64,000 nt of DNA from Sphaerochaetaceae bacterium (GCA_963656825.1 CAVKJG010000001.1:2059-66058), one strand, 5' to 3'. Shown: positions 43,471 through 53,103, numbered from the stretch's first letter. Notes: generated by a model from the letters alone, not told the origin. Program-made: numbers and translations.

Positions 43471-44034
43471 ATGGAAATCAAACGCAGATCAATGTCCGAC
43501 GAGCAGCTTCTTGCGCGTCAGAGCGAGCTTATCGCCGAAGTAAACTCCGTTTGCGATGAATATCGCGAGCGTTTTTCCGCTCTCGGCTATGAGCTGAATG
43601 TCGAAATCGACGAAAAGAAAGCTGACGAATATGAGTTTTCTCCTCTCAAAGAAAACGCAAAGGACCTTGTTCCCGGCTATGCCAGCCGCGCCACCGTCAC
43701 GGTAAGACGCCCGAAAAGCGAGGAGGAGCTTCAGCAGGACGAGGAGCTTGAAGAGGAAATCGAAGAAGCTGAAACCGAGCTGAAAGAAAAGGAAGCGGAA
43801 AATGCCGAAGGCGAAGAATACGGCATAGACGAGCAGCTCACCGAGCAGGAAAGAGCGGACGCCACTCTTGCCGAAGCCGAGGACAAGCTCAATCGCAGCG
43901 TGGCTTATACTCAGCTTATGCTTATAAGAATATACAAAGCTTTCTGGGTTGAAAAGCTCAGCATCTGCGACAATGCGGACGAGCTTAAAAGCGACCTTGA
44001 AGAATTTTACGAAAAGCTTGCAAAGGGCGAATAA
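43471..44034 (+). CDS. hypothetical acidic (E-rich) protein
   Basis: ATG 43471 is suitably spaced from an AAAAAGGA RBS. The central region is E-rich and coiled-coil-like. No family recognised. Confidence 0.5.
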   Translation: MEIKRRSMSDEQLLARQSELIAEVNSVCDEYRERFSALGYELNVEIDEKKADEYEFSPLKENAKDLVPGYASRATVTVRRPKSEEELQQDEELEEEIEEAETELKEKEAENAEGEEYGIDEQLTEQERADATLAEAEDKLNRSVAYTQLMLIRIYKAFWVEKLSICDNADELKSDLEEFYEKLAKGE

Positions 44035-44062
44035 AGCAAAGCTCCGCCTGAATATCGGCACG

Positions 44063-44092
44063 AAAAAATCCCGCTCGCGCGGGATTTTTATT
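44063..44092. terminator. bidirectional terminator between the acidic protein gene (+) and the SDR gene (-)
   Basis: AAAAAATCCCGC-tcgc-GCGGGATTTTT. Confidence 0.85.
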
Positions 44093-44096
44093 GTTT

Positions 44097-44954
44097 TTAT
44101 ACGCCCGAATATGCGGCAAAACCGCCGTCTATCGGAACAACTACGCCGTTTACAAAGCCCGAAGCGCCGTTGTCGCACAGCCACAAAAGCGTGCCGGTAA
44201 GGTCTTCCACCTCGCCGAATCTGCCCATGGGCGTGTGAGCGAGAATTTTTTCGCTTCTCGGAGAGAGCGAGCCGTCCGCGTTTATAAGCATTCCGCGGTT
44301 CTGATTTGTCACGAAAAATCCGGGAGCTATCGCGTTTACTCTTATTCCGACCTTTGAAAAATGAACCGCAAGCCACTGCGTAAAGTTCGATACCGCAGCC
44401 TTTGCGCCCGAATATGCAGGGATCTTCGTAAGCGGACGGAAGCTGTTCATTGAAGAAACGTTGAGTATCAGCGTGCCGGTTTTCTTTGCCATGTCGCGCG
44501 CGAACACCTGCGTGGGAAGAAGCGTTCCGAGGAAGTTGAGGTTGAATACGAATTCAACGCCTTTGGGATCGAGATCGAAGAAGGTCACAAGGTCTTCTCC
44601 GCCGTCGATATCCTCGGGGAAAAGATATTCTTTTGTGGTCGTACCCTTGGGATTGTTTCCGCCCGCACCGTTGAGAAGTATGTCGCAGGTGCCGAGCTCT
44701 GCGTTGATTTTTTCTCTCGCGCAGAGAAGGCTTTCTTTGTCAAGCACGTTTGCTTCAACCGCAACAGCCTTGCCGCCGTCAGCATTTATTCTGTCGGCGA
44801 CAGCCTGAGCCGATTCAAGACGAAGATCGCATACCGCAACCTTTGCGCCGCAGGCTGCAAGCGCTTCGGCAAAGCCGGAGCAAAGCACGCCGCCGCCGCC
44901 CGTAACAACGGCAACCTTTCCGGAAAGATCGATTTTGAAAGGAAGTTTTACCAT
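44097..44954 (-). CDS. SDR-family oxidoreductase (mannonate/gluconate dehydrogenase-like)
   Basis: TGGGGVLC Rossmann motif, NGAGG, YSGAK catalytic motif. Confidence 0.85.
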   Translation of the reverse strand: MVKLPFKIDLSGKVAVVTGGGGVLCSGFAEALAACGAKVAVCDLRLESAQAVADRINADGGKAVAVEANVLDKESLLCAREKINAELGTCDILLNGAGGNNPKGTTTKEYLFPEDIDGGEDLVTFFDLDPKGVEFVFNLNFLGTLLPTQVFARDMAKKTGTLILNVSSMNSFRPLTKIPAYSGAKAAVSNFTQWLAVHFSKVGIRVNAIAPGFFVTNQNRGMLINADGSLSPRSEKILAHTPMGRFGEVEDLTGTLLWLCDNGASGFVNGVVVPIDGGFAAYSGV

Positions 44955-44968
44955 ATTTCATTTCTCCT

Positions 44969-45625
44969 TTAAGCATTTGATTTTTTTATAATTTCGTAAA
45001 TATCGCGCGGACTGTCCGCCGTTATGTCGGCACCCGCCCCGATAAGTATTTCTTTTTCACGGTAGCCCCATGTGGCGCCGACGGCTGTCATGCCGGCATT
45101 TTTCGCGGTTTTCATATCAACGTCCGAATCGCCGACAAACGCACATTCGCAGGGCTTTGCTCCGTATTTCTCCGCAAGATAAAGCGCCCCCTCGGGGCTC
45201 GGCTTTCCGGGGAATCTTCCCGTGCCGAGAATTTCATCGAAAATTTTGTCGCCGTAAAGCTTTTTCACTATATCGTTTGCATGGTCGTTGTCCTTGTTTG
45301 TGAACACCGCCAGCGCAAGTCCGTCCGCACGCAGCTTTGAAAGCGTTTCAGCCATACCGTCATACGCCGTGGTATTGTGAAGATAACATTTGCCGTATTC
45401 TTCAAGATACGTCTGCTTTGCTTTGCCGTAATATTCGTCGCTTTGCCCTTTCGGAAAAGCGTTATGGATAAACTGCTCCGTCGTTCCGTTTATAAAAGCG
45501 AGCAGAAACTGCTCGGTTATCGGCGGAAGTCCGTAGCGCGCCCTTGCCCTGTTCATTCCCTCGGTAAGATCCGGCAGAGTATAGGCAAGCGTCCCGTCAA
45601 GATCAAATATAACAGCCTTTATCAT
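44969..45625 (-). CDS. HAD-family hydrolase (phosphoglycolate phosphatase-like)
   Basis: DLDGTL motif I, a T/S motif II, and the GDSDVD motif. Confidence 0.85.
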   Translation of the reverse strand: MIKAVIFDLDGTLAYTLPDLTEGMNRARARYGLPPITEQFLLAFINGTTEQFIHNAFPKGQSDEYYGKAKQTYLEEYGKCYLHNTTAYDGMAETLSKLRADGLALAVFTNKDNDHANDIVKKLYGDKIFDEILGTGRFPGKPSPEGALYLAEKYGAKPCECAFVGDSDVDMKTAKNAGMTAVGATWGYREKEILIGAGADITADSPRDIYEIIKKSNA

Positions 45626-45708
45626 AAAAAACTCCTTCGGCGATTGTCGCTTTTATGATTTTATCAGCATTTGAGGCATTTGTCCATAGTTTTCTTCATT
45701 TTTTTGCG

Positions 45709-45737
45709 TTGACTTTATATATTTACTGTGTTAGAAT
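45709..45737 (+). promoter_or_regulatory. sigma-A promoter (TTGACT-N17-TGtTAGAAT) for the PPTase gene
   Basis: Hexamers at 45709-45714 and 45732-45737. Confidence 0.65.
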
Positions 45738-45790
45738 ATGTCTTGACCGAAAAATAAAGAAAGGAATTTCCGCCCCGACGGATTTACCGT

Positions 45791-46462
45791 TTGAAAAATA
45801 TGAGTTTTGTAAAAGTTTTTTATGCAGACGTATCGGAATATTTCAAAGAGGACGCGCTTCTCTCGCGCGTGTCGGGGATAAACGCCGCAAGGCAGGCACG
45901 GATCGAACGCGCAAAGCGTCCGGAGACAAAAGCGCTTCTGCTCGGCTCGGGACTTATAATTCCGACGGCGCTTGAAAGGGTTTTCGGGAGAAGCGACTTC
46001 AAAACAGAAATTTCCGATATGGGAAAGCCATATGTTTCCGATGCGGACGGCGTGTTTTTCAACGTATCGCACACGGGCAAATATGTGCTTTGCGCCGTAT
46101 CGGACGTCGAGGTCGGCGCGGATATCGAAGAAATCGACGAAGCAGAAACCGTAATGCCCATAGCCGACAGATTTTTCACCCCGCTGGAACGCGACGCCAT
46201 AAGCCTCAGCCCCTCGCCCGCGGAAGCCTTCTGCCGCCTGTGGACGCTTCGCGAAAGCTACGTCAAAATGACGGGCAATGGCTTTAACCGCGGTCTTGCG
46301 CCGCTCGCAATGGTATTCCCGTGCGGAGTTCCGAAAATAAAGGTGGACGGCAAAATACTTGACGATGTATTTTTTACCGAAATCCGAGACGTTTACAAAT
46401 GTCGCGGCGCGGCATGCACAAGGTGCAAAGCGGAATATTCGATTGAAAAAATTACCCTTTGA
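45791..46462 (+). CDS. 4'-phosphopantetheinyl transferase, Sfp-type
   Basis: FNVSHTGKYVLCA, GADIEEI, WTLRESYVKMTGNG. The start is either TTG 45791 or ATG 45800. Confidence 0.8.
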   Translation: MKNMSFVKVFYADVSEYFKEDALLSRVSGINAARQARIERAKRPETKALLLGSGLIIPTALERVFGRSDFKTEISDMGKPYVSDADGVFFNVSHTGKYVLCAVSDVEVGADIEEIDEAETVMPIADRFFTPLERDAISLSPSPAEAFCRLWTLRESYVKMTGNGFNRGLAPLAMVFPCGVPKIKVDGKILDDVFFTEIRDVYKCRGAACTRCKAEYSIEKITL

Positions 46463-46480
46463 AAAAGTGAGTGAGCTTAT

Positions 46481-46930
46481 ATGAAACTTGAATTCGGAGT
46501 CGGCGCGTGCGGAGTGCTTTTCGGAATGACGCCGAAGGACGTCGTGAACGTACTCGGCATGCCCGACAAAATAAACGTCTGCGAGGACGACGAGATCTAC
46601 GATCAGACGTATATATACAACCGTGAAATGATAATAGTCTGGTTTGAACGCGAAAAGGATATGCGCGTGACGCTTATCCAGTGCTTCTCTCCCGAAATGA
46701 CCGTTTTCGGCAAAAAGGTGTTCCTGCGCGAAAAGGACGAGGTTATGCGCCTTCTGAAATCGGCGGGCTGTACACGCTTTTCCGAAAACGACACGCCCAC
46801 GGAGGAAACCGTCTTTTTCGACGATATCGCCGCGTGGTTCAATTTTGAATTCGGAAAGCTTTCGTATGTCGAGCTCGGCGTTTTCTTCAATGAATCCACG
46901 GGCGAAGAAATATGGAGCTTCGGGGAATGA
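46481..46930 (+). CDS. hypothetical protein (149 aa)
   Basis: The ORF begins 18 nt after the PPTase stop codon and is followed by a strong terminator. No family recognised. Confidence 0.5.
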   Translation: MKLEFGVGACGVLFGMTPKDVVNVLGMPDKINVCEDDEIYDQTYIYNREMIIVWFEREKDMRVTLIQCFSPEMTVFGKKVFLREKDEVMRLLKSAGCTRFSENDTPTEETVFFDDIAAWFNFEFGKLSYVELGVFFNESTGEEIWSFGE

Positions 46931-46943
46931 AATAAAAATCGTA

Positions 46944-46985
46944 AAAATCAGCCTGCGGCGGTCGCCGCAGGCTGATTTTTGTTTT
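46944..46985. terminator. bidirectional terminator between the hypothetical gene (+) and the metallophosphoesterase gene (-)
   Basis: AAAAATCAGCCTGCGGCG-gt-CGCCGCAGGCTGATTTTT. Confidence 0.88.
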
Positions 46986-46991
46986 ATGAAA

Positions 46992-49283
46992 TTATTTGGA
47001 AAGAGAAGCCACGGCGTTTGTATAAGCCGTCGAAACCTCGTCTGCCGTAAGCGCGCCCTTGTAGATCTTTGCGTCCGTCATTATCATATTGCCGACGGGG
47101 AAATCGCCGCCGATAAGTCCGCTCGTTATGTCGTCGCCGAGGCAGAAATAATTGAATGTATTGCCGCCGCCGACCTTGAAATCGGTATTTATCGCGCCTG
47201 TTCCGGCAAGCTTGCCGTTGACGTAAATATAGCTCTTCTTTGCCGCAAAATCATACGTTGCGACAACGTGCGTAAGCTCCGTGTTCGATGACGCCGCACC
47301 TGCGACAACGCTCGGGTTGTAGCCCGATGAGCCGCCCGAGCCGCCTGTGATAAAGTACGGCTGACCTGTCACCAGCTCCGCAAGTCCCCAGCCGCCTGCC
47401 TGCGTTCCGCAGACAATGCCCTGAACCTTGCCCGTGCTTGTGGTCGTCATATAGAAGGCTTCTACCGAGAAGCCGCCTTCGGCAAAGTTTGCAAAGCTTA
47501 TCGCGCTTGTAAGCTCGTCGAATTTACAGAGCGCATAGTTGCCCTTTGTCGCGTGGAGTGCCTCGACCGTATATTTCTTTCCGGCGTGAGAAACCTCAAC
47601 CTTTTCCACGGAAGCACCCTTGCTCTGAACGGTTACATGACCGAGAGTATCCGTTATTTTCCCGTCGGCAAAATCTATGTCGGCGTAAACCTCGGCTTTC
47701 TGCGGTTCTTCCGAGGTGCCGTCCTCAACGGTGAACACCTTTGTTATCTTTTCGCTTTCCGCACCCCATGAGTCCACCGCTATTACCGACACCTCGTATT
47801 CGCTGCCCGGAGTAAGAGTGCCCATTGAGTATTCCCACTCTTTTTTCATATCGGCGGGATCGCCGTGACGGTAGAAGTCGGCAAGAATTTTGACCGTTTT
47901 CTTTACCGTGACCTTTGTCGTGCCGAAGGAAAGTATGTAGTGATGTGCAAATTCATCGTCCGTTGCGGATTTGAACTTGATAATCGTCTTTATCTTGCCG
48001 CTTGCGGATTTGCTTCCGTATTCGATTGTTATTGCGTCCTCGGGGAAAACGGGAGCGGTGTTCTTTTCCGCGCGCGTGTACTGATACGTCGAAAGGTGAG
48101 AATTGTCCGACGTCGGATGGCTTACCTCCCATGCCTCGCCTATGGTTGTTTCGTTGTAGAAGTCCATACGGTTGAGTCTTACGTTGCCGTTTTCGTCAAC
48201 CTGAACAAGATAGCCCTGAGAATATTCTTCGCAGTCGTTCATTACCGTGCCGGATTTCATATCCGCATAGCCGCCGTTTTCAATCGCCATATAACGAACC
48301 GAGCCGCAGCCGAGCGATGTAAAGGCTGTCTGCATTATGCTTCTCGGATCGTTGAGCGGGAAATGAAGGTGACCGCTGAACGTCATTACCTGAGGATAAT
48401 CCGAAAGGATATCGGTAAGATCCGTGGTATACCACATAAGGCTGTCGCCGGTGTAAAGCTCGCTTCCGTAAACCGTATGATATATCATCGGGTGAGTGAA
48501 AACGAATATCGGCTTTTCGGGGTCGTTTGTCTTGAGCATTTCAAGCGTGGTTCTGAGCCACTGCTTTGTGGAATCCTTATAGGGAGCGGCAACGCTGCCT
48601 ATCTTCTTATAGCTGTTTTGGCTGTCCGGCTGAAGGAATACGAAATAATAATCGCCAACCTTGCAAAGACGGCTGCCGTTTGAAAAATCGCTTTCATATT
48701 CGGCAAGGTCATACTTAAAGAACGATTCGCCGAATATGCTGCGGAAATCGTTCATATAAAGCACGCCGCCGTAGCATTCTTCGTGGTTGCCCGTTGTGAA
48801 AATAAGCGGAACTTCCGTTTCGTCAAATACCTTCTGATATGTGTCCTTTACAGCCTGAGCCTCGCTTACCTGCCCCGACTGCGTAAGGTCGCCCGCGATG
48901 ACAACGGCGTCGATACCGTCCTTATCGCCGGATTCTATCGCGTAGTCTTTAAGCAGATTGAGTGCTTTGTAAAACTTTTCCGTAGGCATCGCATATCCGT
49001 TCTGAAGATGTACGTCGGAAAGTGCGCCGAAGGAAAGCACTATTTTGCTTGAATCGAACTTGCCGAGATCGACTACGGGGGTTACCGTGGTAGTCGTTTC
49101 TTCGGTTTTTGTCGTTGTCGTGGTGGTTGTTGCAGTTGTCGTAGTCGTTGTGGTTTTTGTACCGCCGGTCGTCGTTTCTGTCGTTGTGCTTTCTGTCGTA
49201 ACGGAGGGCTCGACCTTTCCGCACGCACAGAGAGCAAGCGCCAGCATTATGACGGCAAGTACAAGTGCGAGTATTTTTTTCAT
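46992..49283 (-). CDS. lipoprotein metallophosphoesterase with C-terminal Ig/FN3-like and LamG/concanavalin-like domains
   Basis: Lipobox LALCACG, T-rich linker, calcineurin-like motifs (SDVHL, GDLTQ, GNHE, GHLH), and a C-terminal LamG-like region. Confidence 0.75.
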   Translation of the reverse strand: MKKILALVLAVIMLALALCACGKVEPSVTTESTTTETTTGGTKTTTTTTTATTTTTTTKTEETTTTVTPVVDLGKFDSSKIVLSFGALSDVHLQNGYAMPTEKFYKALNLLKDYAIESGDKDGIDAVVIAGDLTQSGQVSEAQAVKDTYQKVFDETEVPLIFTTGNHEECYGGVLYMNDFRSIFGESFFKYDLAEYESDFSNGSRLCKVGDYYFVFLQPDSQNSYKKIGSVAAPYKDSTKQWLRTTLEMLKTNDPEKPIFVFTHPMIYHTVYGSELYTGDSLMWYTTDLTDILSDYPQVMTFSGHLHFPLNDPRSIMQTAFTSLGCGSVRYMAIENGGYADMKSGTVMNDCEEYSQGYLVQVDENGNVRLNRMDFYNETTIGEAWEVSHPTSDNSHLSTYQYTRAEKNTAPVFPEDAITIEYGSKSASGKIKTIIKFKSATDDEFAHHYILSFGTTKVTVKKTVKILADFYRHGDPADMKKEWEYSMGTLTPGSEYEVSVIAVDSWGAESEKITKVFTVEDGTSEEPQKAEVYADIDFADGKITDTLGHVTVQSKGASVEKVEVSHAGKKYTVEALHATKGNYALCKFDELTSAISFANFAEGGFSVEAFYMTTTSTGKVQGIVCGTQAGGWGLAELVTGQPYFITGGSGGSSGYNPSVVAGAASSNTELTHVVATYDFAAKKSYIYVNGKLAGTGAINTDFKVGGGNTFNYFCLGDDITSGLIGGDFPVGNMIMTDAKIYKGALTADEVSTAYTNAVASLSK

Positions 49284-49333
49284 TATGAAGTTCCCCTTCT
49301 TATTCGATAATTTATCTCAACGCGCGGAGCGCG

Positions 49334-50272
49334 TCAAAATCTTTGACTCGGCTTTTCCGTTTTTATTGCGGAGAAAAGCTTTTCTATGTCCCTTTTTCCC
49401 GGAGGCTTTGTCCCCGTGGTAAGACACGCGGCGCTTCCGAACGCCACCGCCGTGCGCAGACATTCTTTTGGATTTTTCCCCTCCGACGCGGCTTTTATAA
49501 AACCCGCGACGGAGCTGTCTCCGGCGCCTATCGTCGATACGGCGTCAATTTCCGGAGGCTGCGCGAGGAAAACGCCCTTATCGCAGACAAGTATCGCCCC
49601 TCTTTTCCCGAGGCTTGTCATAACGTTTTCCGTTCCGCTTTTTCTCGCGCAGAGCGCAAAATCAATTATCTGAGCTATACTCGGCTCCGATATTCCGATA
49701 TAGCGCGCGACCTCTTCTTCGTTCGGCTTTATAAGCCACGCGCCGATGTCGAGCACGTCGGATACTTCAAACGAACTTGAATCGAGAACGATTTTTGCCC
49801 CCGTCGATTTTACGCGTTTTATCAGCGCTTTTATATCCCGTGCGGCTATTCCCTGCGGATTTTTGCCGGAAAACGCCGCTATCGTGTCCGCGTCGGTTTT
49901 TCCTATCGCCTTTTCGATTTCCGAAAGAAGCGATATGTCCGCGTCCGAGCCGCCGAAGCTTATTCTTGTTTCGGGAGCGTTTTCCGTATGAACGGTTATG
50001 TTTTCTCTTATTCTGCTGCTTGTCATAACGGCTGTGTAATTCACTTTTTCCGCGTCGAGTGCTTTAAGATATTCGCTTCCGTTTTCTCTTCCGACGGCAA
50101 CCACCGCCCTGCTTTTGACATCCGCCGCCGCAAGTGCGCGTGAGATGTTCACTCCCTTGCCGCCCGCGTCACGCTCCGTGACGACGGCAAGGTTTTCGCG
50201 ATACGCGCAAAAATCTTTGCAGAAGCAATGCATATCGAATGCTGGATTCAGAGTTACGGTAACGATGTTCAT
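49334..50272 (-). CDS. fruK: 1-phosphofructokinase-family (PfkB) hexose-phosphate kinase
   Basis: MNIVTVTLNPAFD N-terminus, the GKGVN motif, and the C-terminal GAGDSSVAGF motif. Confidence 0.8.
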   Translation of the reverse strand: MNIVTVTLNPAFDMHCFCKDFCAYRENLAVVTERDAGGKGVNISRALAAADVKSRAVVAVGRENGSEYLKALDAEKVNYTAVMTSSRIRENITVHTENAPETRISFGGSDADISLLSEIEKAIGKTDADTIAAFSGKNPQGIAARDIKALIKRVKSTGAKIVLDSSSFEVSDVLDIGAWLIKPNEEEVARYIGISEPSIAQIIDFALCARKSGTENVMTSLGKRGAILVCDKGVFLAQPPEIDAVSTIGAGDSSVAGFIKAASEGKNPKECLRTAVAFGSAACLTTGTKPPGKRDIEKLFSAIKTEKPSQRF

Positions 50273-50316
50273 ATTTTCTCCGTGCAACAAAAACTGTTTG
50301 ATTTTCAGATTTAATT

Positions 50317-50345
50317 ATTATACCACATATAAAACGCTCCGTCAA
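50317..50345 (-). promoter_or_regulatory. sigma-A promoter of the 1-phosphofructokinase gene (TTGACG-N17-TGTGgTATAAT)
   Basis: -10 at 50317-50322 with TGTG, and -35 at 50340-50345 (minus strand). Confidence 0.7.
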
Positions 50346-50463
50346 CGGATTTGAGGAGCGCACTCTGTACAAAAAAATCGCATTTTTTTGTGAATTTCGC
50401 TTGTAACGGATTGTTTTCGGTCAAAAATCCGCCCGTAGGCAGCAAAATAAATTTCATAGTGAA

Positions 50464-50492
50464 TTGACAACCGCTCCGTCGTGGGTTATAAT
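50464..50492 (+). promoter_or_regulatory. sigma-A promoter of nusB operon (TTGACA-N17-TATAAT)
   Basis: Perfect consensus hexamers with a 17-nt spacer. Confidence 0.75.
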
Positions 50493-50529
50493 TTATACTG
50501 TAAAAATAATTTATCGGAAGGTAACGACA

Positions 50530-50934
50530 ATGCAGAATCTTTCCAGAAGAGCGGCAAGAGAATGTGCGCTCAAAATGCTTTACGGCTACGAATTTTCAAG
50601 AGAAGCCGATCCCGCGGATTTTTTCGAGCTTTCCTGCTCCGAATCGGAAACTGCGTCCGACGATTTTTCAAAAAAGCTTTTCCTGACGGTTGCCGAAAAC
50701 CTCGCGGCGATAGACGAAACAATCGAGCAGAACGCAAAGGGCTGGAAGCTTGACAGAATATCGAAAATGACTCTTTCCATACTACGTCTTTGCGTGTGCG
50801 AAATGAAATATTTCGACGATATCCCGTTTGCCGTATCTATGAACGAAGCCGTGGAGCTTGCAAAAATATACGACGGAGACGACGCTCCCGCATTTATAAA
50901 CGGTATAATAAACGCCGTTGCAAAAGCATCATGA
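50530..50934 (+). CDS. nusB: transcription antitermination factor NusB
   Basis: RRAARECALKMLYGYEF and the C-terminal FINGIINAV motif. ATG 50530 lies downstream of a perfect promoter. Confidence 0.9.
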   Translation: MQNLSRRAARECALKMLYGYEFSREADPADFFELSCSESETASDDFSKKLFLTVAENLAAIDETIEQNAKGWKLDRISKMTLSILRLCVCEMKYFDDIPFAVSMNEAVELAKIYDGDDAPAFINGIINAVAKAS

Positions 50935-51890
50935 ACGTTTTGGGAATAGACACAAGCAACTACACCACCTCCGTGGCGCTTGTGACGGACGAAGGCTTCC
51001 GCCACGAAAGGCTGATACTTGAGGTGGCAAGCGGAGAGCGCGGACTGCGTCAGAGCAGTGCGCTCTTTTTGCATACGAAAAATCTTCCCGTTCTTATGGA
51101 AAAGCTCGCTCCTGCCGGCAGAATCGACGCCGTGGCGTACAGCGACAGACCGCGCGACGAGGAAGGCTCGTATATGCCGTGCTTCCTTGCCGGAGAGGCT
51201 GTCGCAAGATCGGTTGCCGCGTCCTTGGGCGTGCCTGCTCTGCGCTTTTCGCATCAGGCAGGACATATAATGGCTGCGGCGACCACCTGTAAAAATCCCG
51301 AAATTGCCCGTTCTCCGTTTCTGTGCTTTCACGTTTCGGGCGGAACGACGGAGCTTGTCTACGCCGCTCCGTCGGAGAAAAACGGCTTTGATGTGAAAAT
51401 AATCGGCGGAACGGCGGACATAAGCGCGGGGCAGCTTATCGACCGCACAGGCGTGCTTCTCGGGCTTAAATTCCCATGCGGCGGCGAGCTTGAAAGGCTG
51501 GCTGAAAAAGTCGGAAAACAAAAGGTGAAAATATCGGCAAAGGGTGCGCTTTGCAATTATTCCGGCGCCGAAAACAATACGGTAAAAATGCTCCGCGACG
51601 GAAAAAGCGCGGAAGAAACGGCGCGCTACGCGCTTGATTTCTGCTCGGCTTCGCTTATATCGTCGGTTCGCGCCGCAAGAAAGGACTGCGGAAATCTTCC
51701 CGTGCTTTTCGCGGGCGGCGTCATGCGCGATATGATAATCCGCCGCGAGCTTGAAAACGGGCTTGAAAACATATTCTTCGGTTCGGTGGAGCTTTCCTCC
51801 GACAATGCCGTGGGAACGGCGTGGCTCGGCAGAAAACGCCTGAAAGGAGCGACAGATGGAACGTCAGGTGATCTCCGTAACGGAGCTTAA
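50931..51890 (+). CDS. Kae1/TsaD-like (peptidase M22 / ASKHA fold) protein, non-canonical paralog
   Basis: MNVLGIDTSNYTTSVALV, HQAGHI, FHVSGGTTEL. ATGA overlap with nusB. Confidence 0.6.
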   Translation: MNVLGIDTSNYTTSVALVTDEGFRHERLILEVASGERGLRQSSALFLHTKNLPVLMEKLAPAGRIDAVAYSDRPRDEEGSYMPCFLAGEAVARSVAASLGVPALRFSHQAGHIMAAATTCKNPEIARSPFLCFHVSGGTTELVYAAPSEKNGFDVKIIGGTADISAGQLIDRTGVLLGLKFPCGGELERLAEKVGKQKVKISAKGALCNYSGAENNTVKMLRDGKSAEETARYALDFCSASLISSVRAARKDCGNLPVLFAGGVMRDMIIRRELENGLENIFFGSVELSSDNAVGTAWLGRKRLKGATDGTSGDLRNGA

Positions 51891-53103
51891 CCTATATATA
51901 AAAAACAAGCTGGACGGCGATCCCCTGCTTTCCGGCTTGCTCGTCCGCGGCGAAATATCGAATTTCAAGCGGTATTCGAGCGGTCATTGCTATTTTACCC
52001 TTAAAGATACGGGCGGCGCGGTCAGAGCCGTAATGTTCAATTCGTCCGCACAAAGATTAAAATTCGTCCCGACTGACGGAATGAAGGTCATCGCCTTGGG
52101 CAGAGCTTCGCTTTACGAGCGCGACGGTCAGTATCAGCTGTACGTCACCGCGCTTGAGCCGGACGGTCTCGGAACGCTTCATCTCGCCTACGAGCAGCTC
52201 AAAGCGCGGCTTTCCGAAGAAGGACTTTTCGACGACGCGCTGAAAAGAGAAATGCCGAAATATCCGCGCCGCATCGGCGTTATAACCTCGCCTACGGGCG
52301 CGGCGGTAAGAGATATAATAAACATCGCCGGCAGAAGATTTCCGCTTGCCGAAATATGCGTTTATCCCGCCGTGGTTCAGGGCGACGAAGCCGTCCCGAC
52401 GCTGCTTGCGGGACTTGAATATTTCGGGAAAGCGTCCCCCGCCGACGTTATAATCATAGGCAGAGGCGGCGGCTCGATAGAAGACCTGTGGGCTTTCAAC
52501 GACGAAGCCCTCGCCAGAAAGGTGCGCTCATCACCCGTCCCCGTAATATCGGCTGTCGGTCACGAAACGGATTTTACGATATGCGATTTCGTCGCCGATA
52601 TGCGCGCGCCGACGCCGTCGGCGGCGGCGGAACGCGCAACGCCCGACAAAGCGGAAATAATATCTGCGCTTGCGGCAAAATCCGCGCATATGACCTCACT
52701 TATAAACCGCAGGCTTGACATTCTGCGCGAAAGGCTCGGAAAGCTTTCGTCCTCGCGCATGCTGAAAAGCCCGATGAATTTTATAGACGACAGACGCCTC
52801 GCGCTCGATTCCGTATCGGAAAGGCTTTGCCTTAAAGCCTCCGCCGGCATAACCGAAAAGGCTTCGGAGCTGAAAAGTCTTGCGGCGGCGCTGAACGCTT
52901 TAAGTCCGCTTTCCGTGCTTTCAAGAGGCTACGGAGCGGTTTTCGATAACAACGGAAAGCTGATAAAAAGCGTGGGCGATGTAAGCATCGGCGACGGGCT
53001 TACGATAAAAATATCGGACGGAGAAATAAAAGCCGAAGCAATATCAAAAACGAAAACCCGAAAAGGAGGAAAAAACGGTGGAAAAGAAAAAACCGAGCTT
53101 TGA
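51856..53103 (+). CDS. xseA: exodeoxyribonuclease VII large subunit
   Basis: VSELNLYIKNKLDGDPLL...VRGEISNFKRYSSGHCYFTLKD OB-fold N-terminus, and the GRGGGSIEDLWAFN motif. Confidence 0.95.
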   Translation: MERQVISVTELNLYIKNKLDGDPLLSGLLVRGEISNFKRYSSGHCYFTLKDTGGAVRAVMFNSSAQRLKFVPTDGMKVIALGRASLYERDGQYQLYVTALEPDGLGTLHLAYEQLKARLSEEGLFDDALKREMPKYPRRIGVITSPTGAAVRDIINIAGRRFPLAEICVYPAVVQGDEAVPTLLAGLEYFGKASPADVIIIGRGGGSIEDLWAFNDEALARKVRSSPVPVISAVGHETDFTICDFVADMRAPTPSAAAERATPDKAEIISALAAKSAHMTSLINRRLDILRERLGKLSSSRMLKSPMNFIDDRRLALDSVSERLCLKASAGITEKASELKSLAAALNALSPLSVLSRGYGAVFDNNGKLIKSVGDVSIGDGLTIKISDGEIKAEAISKTKTRKGGKNGGKEKTEL

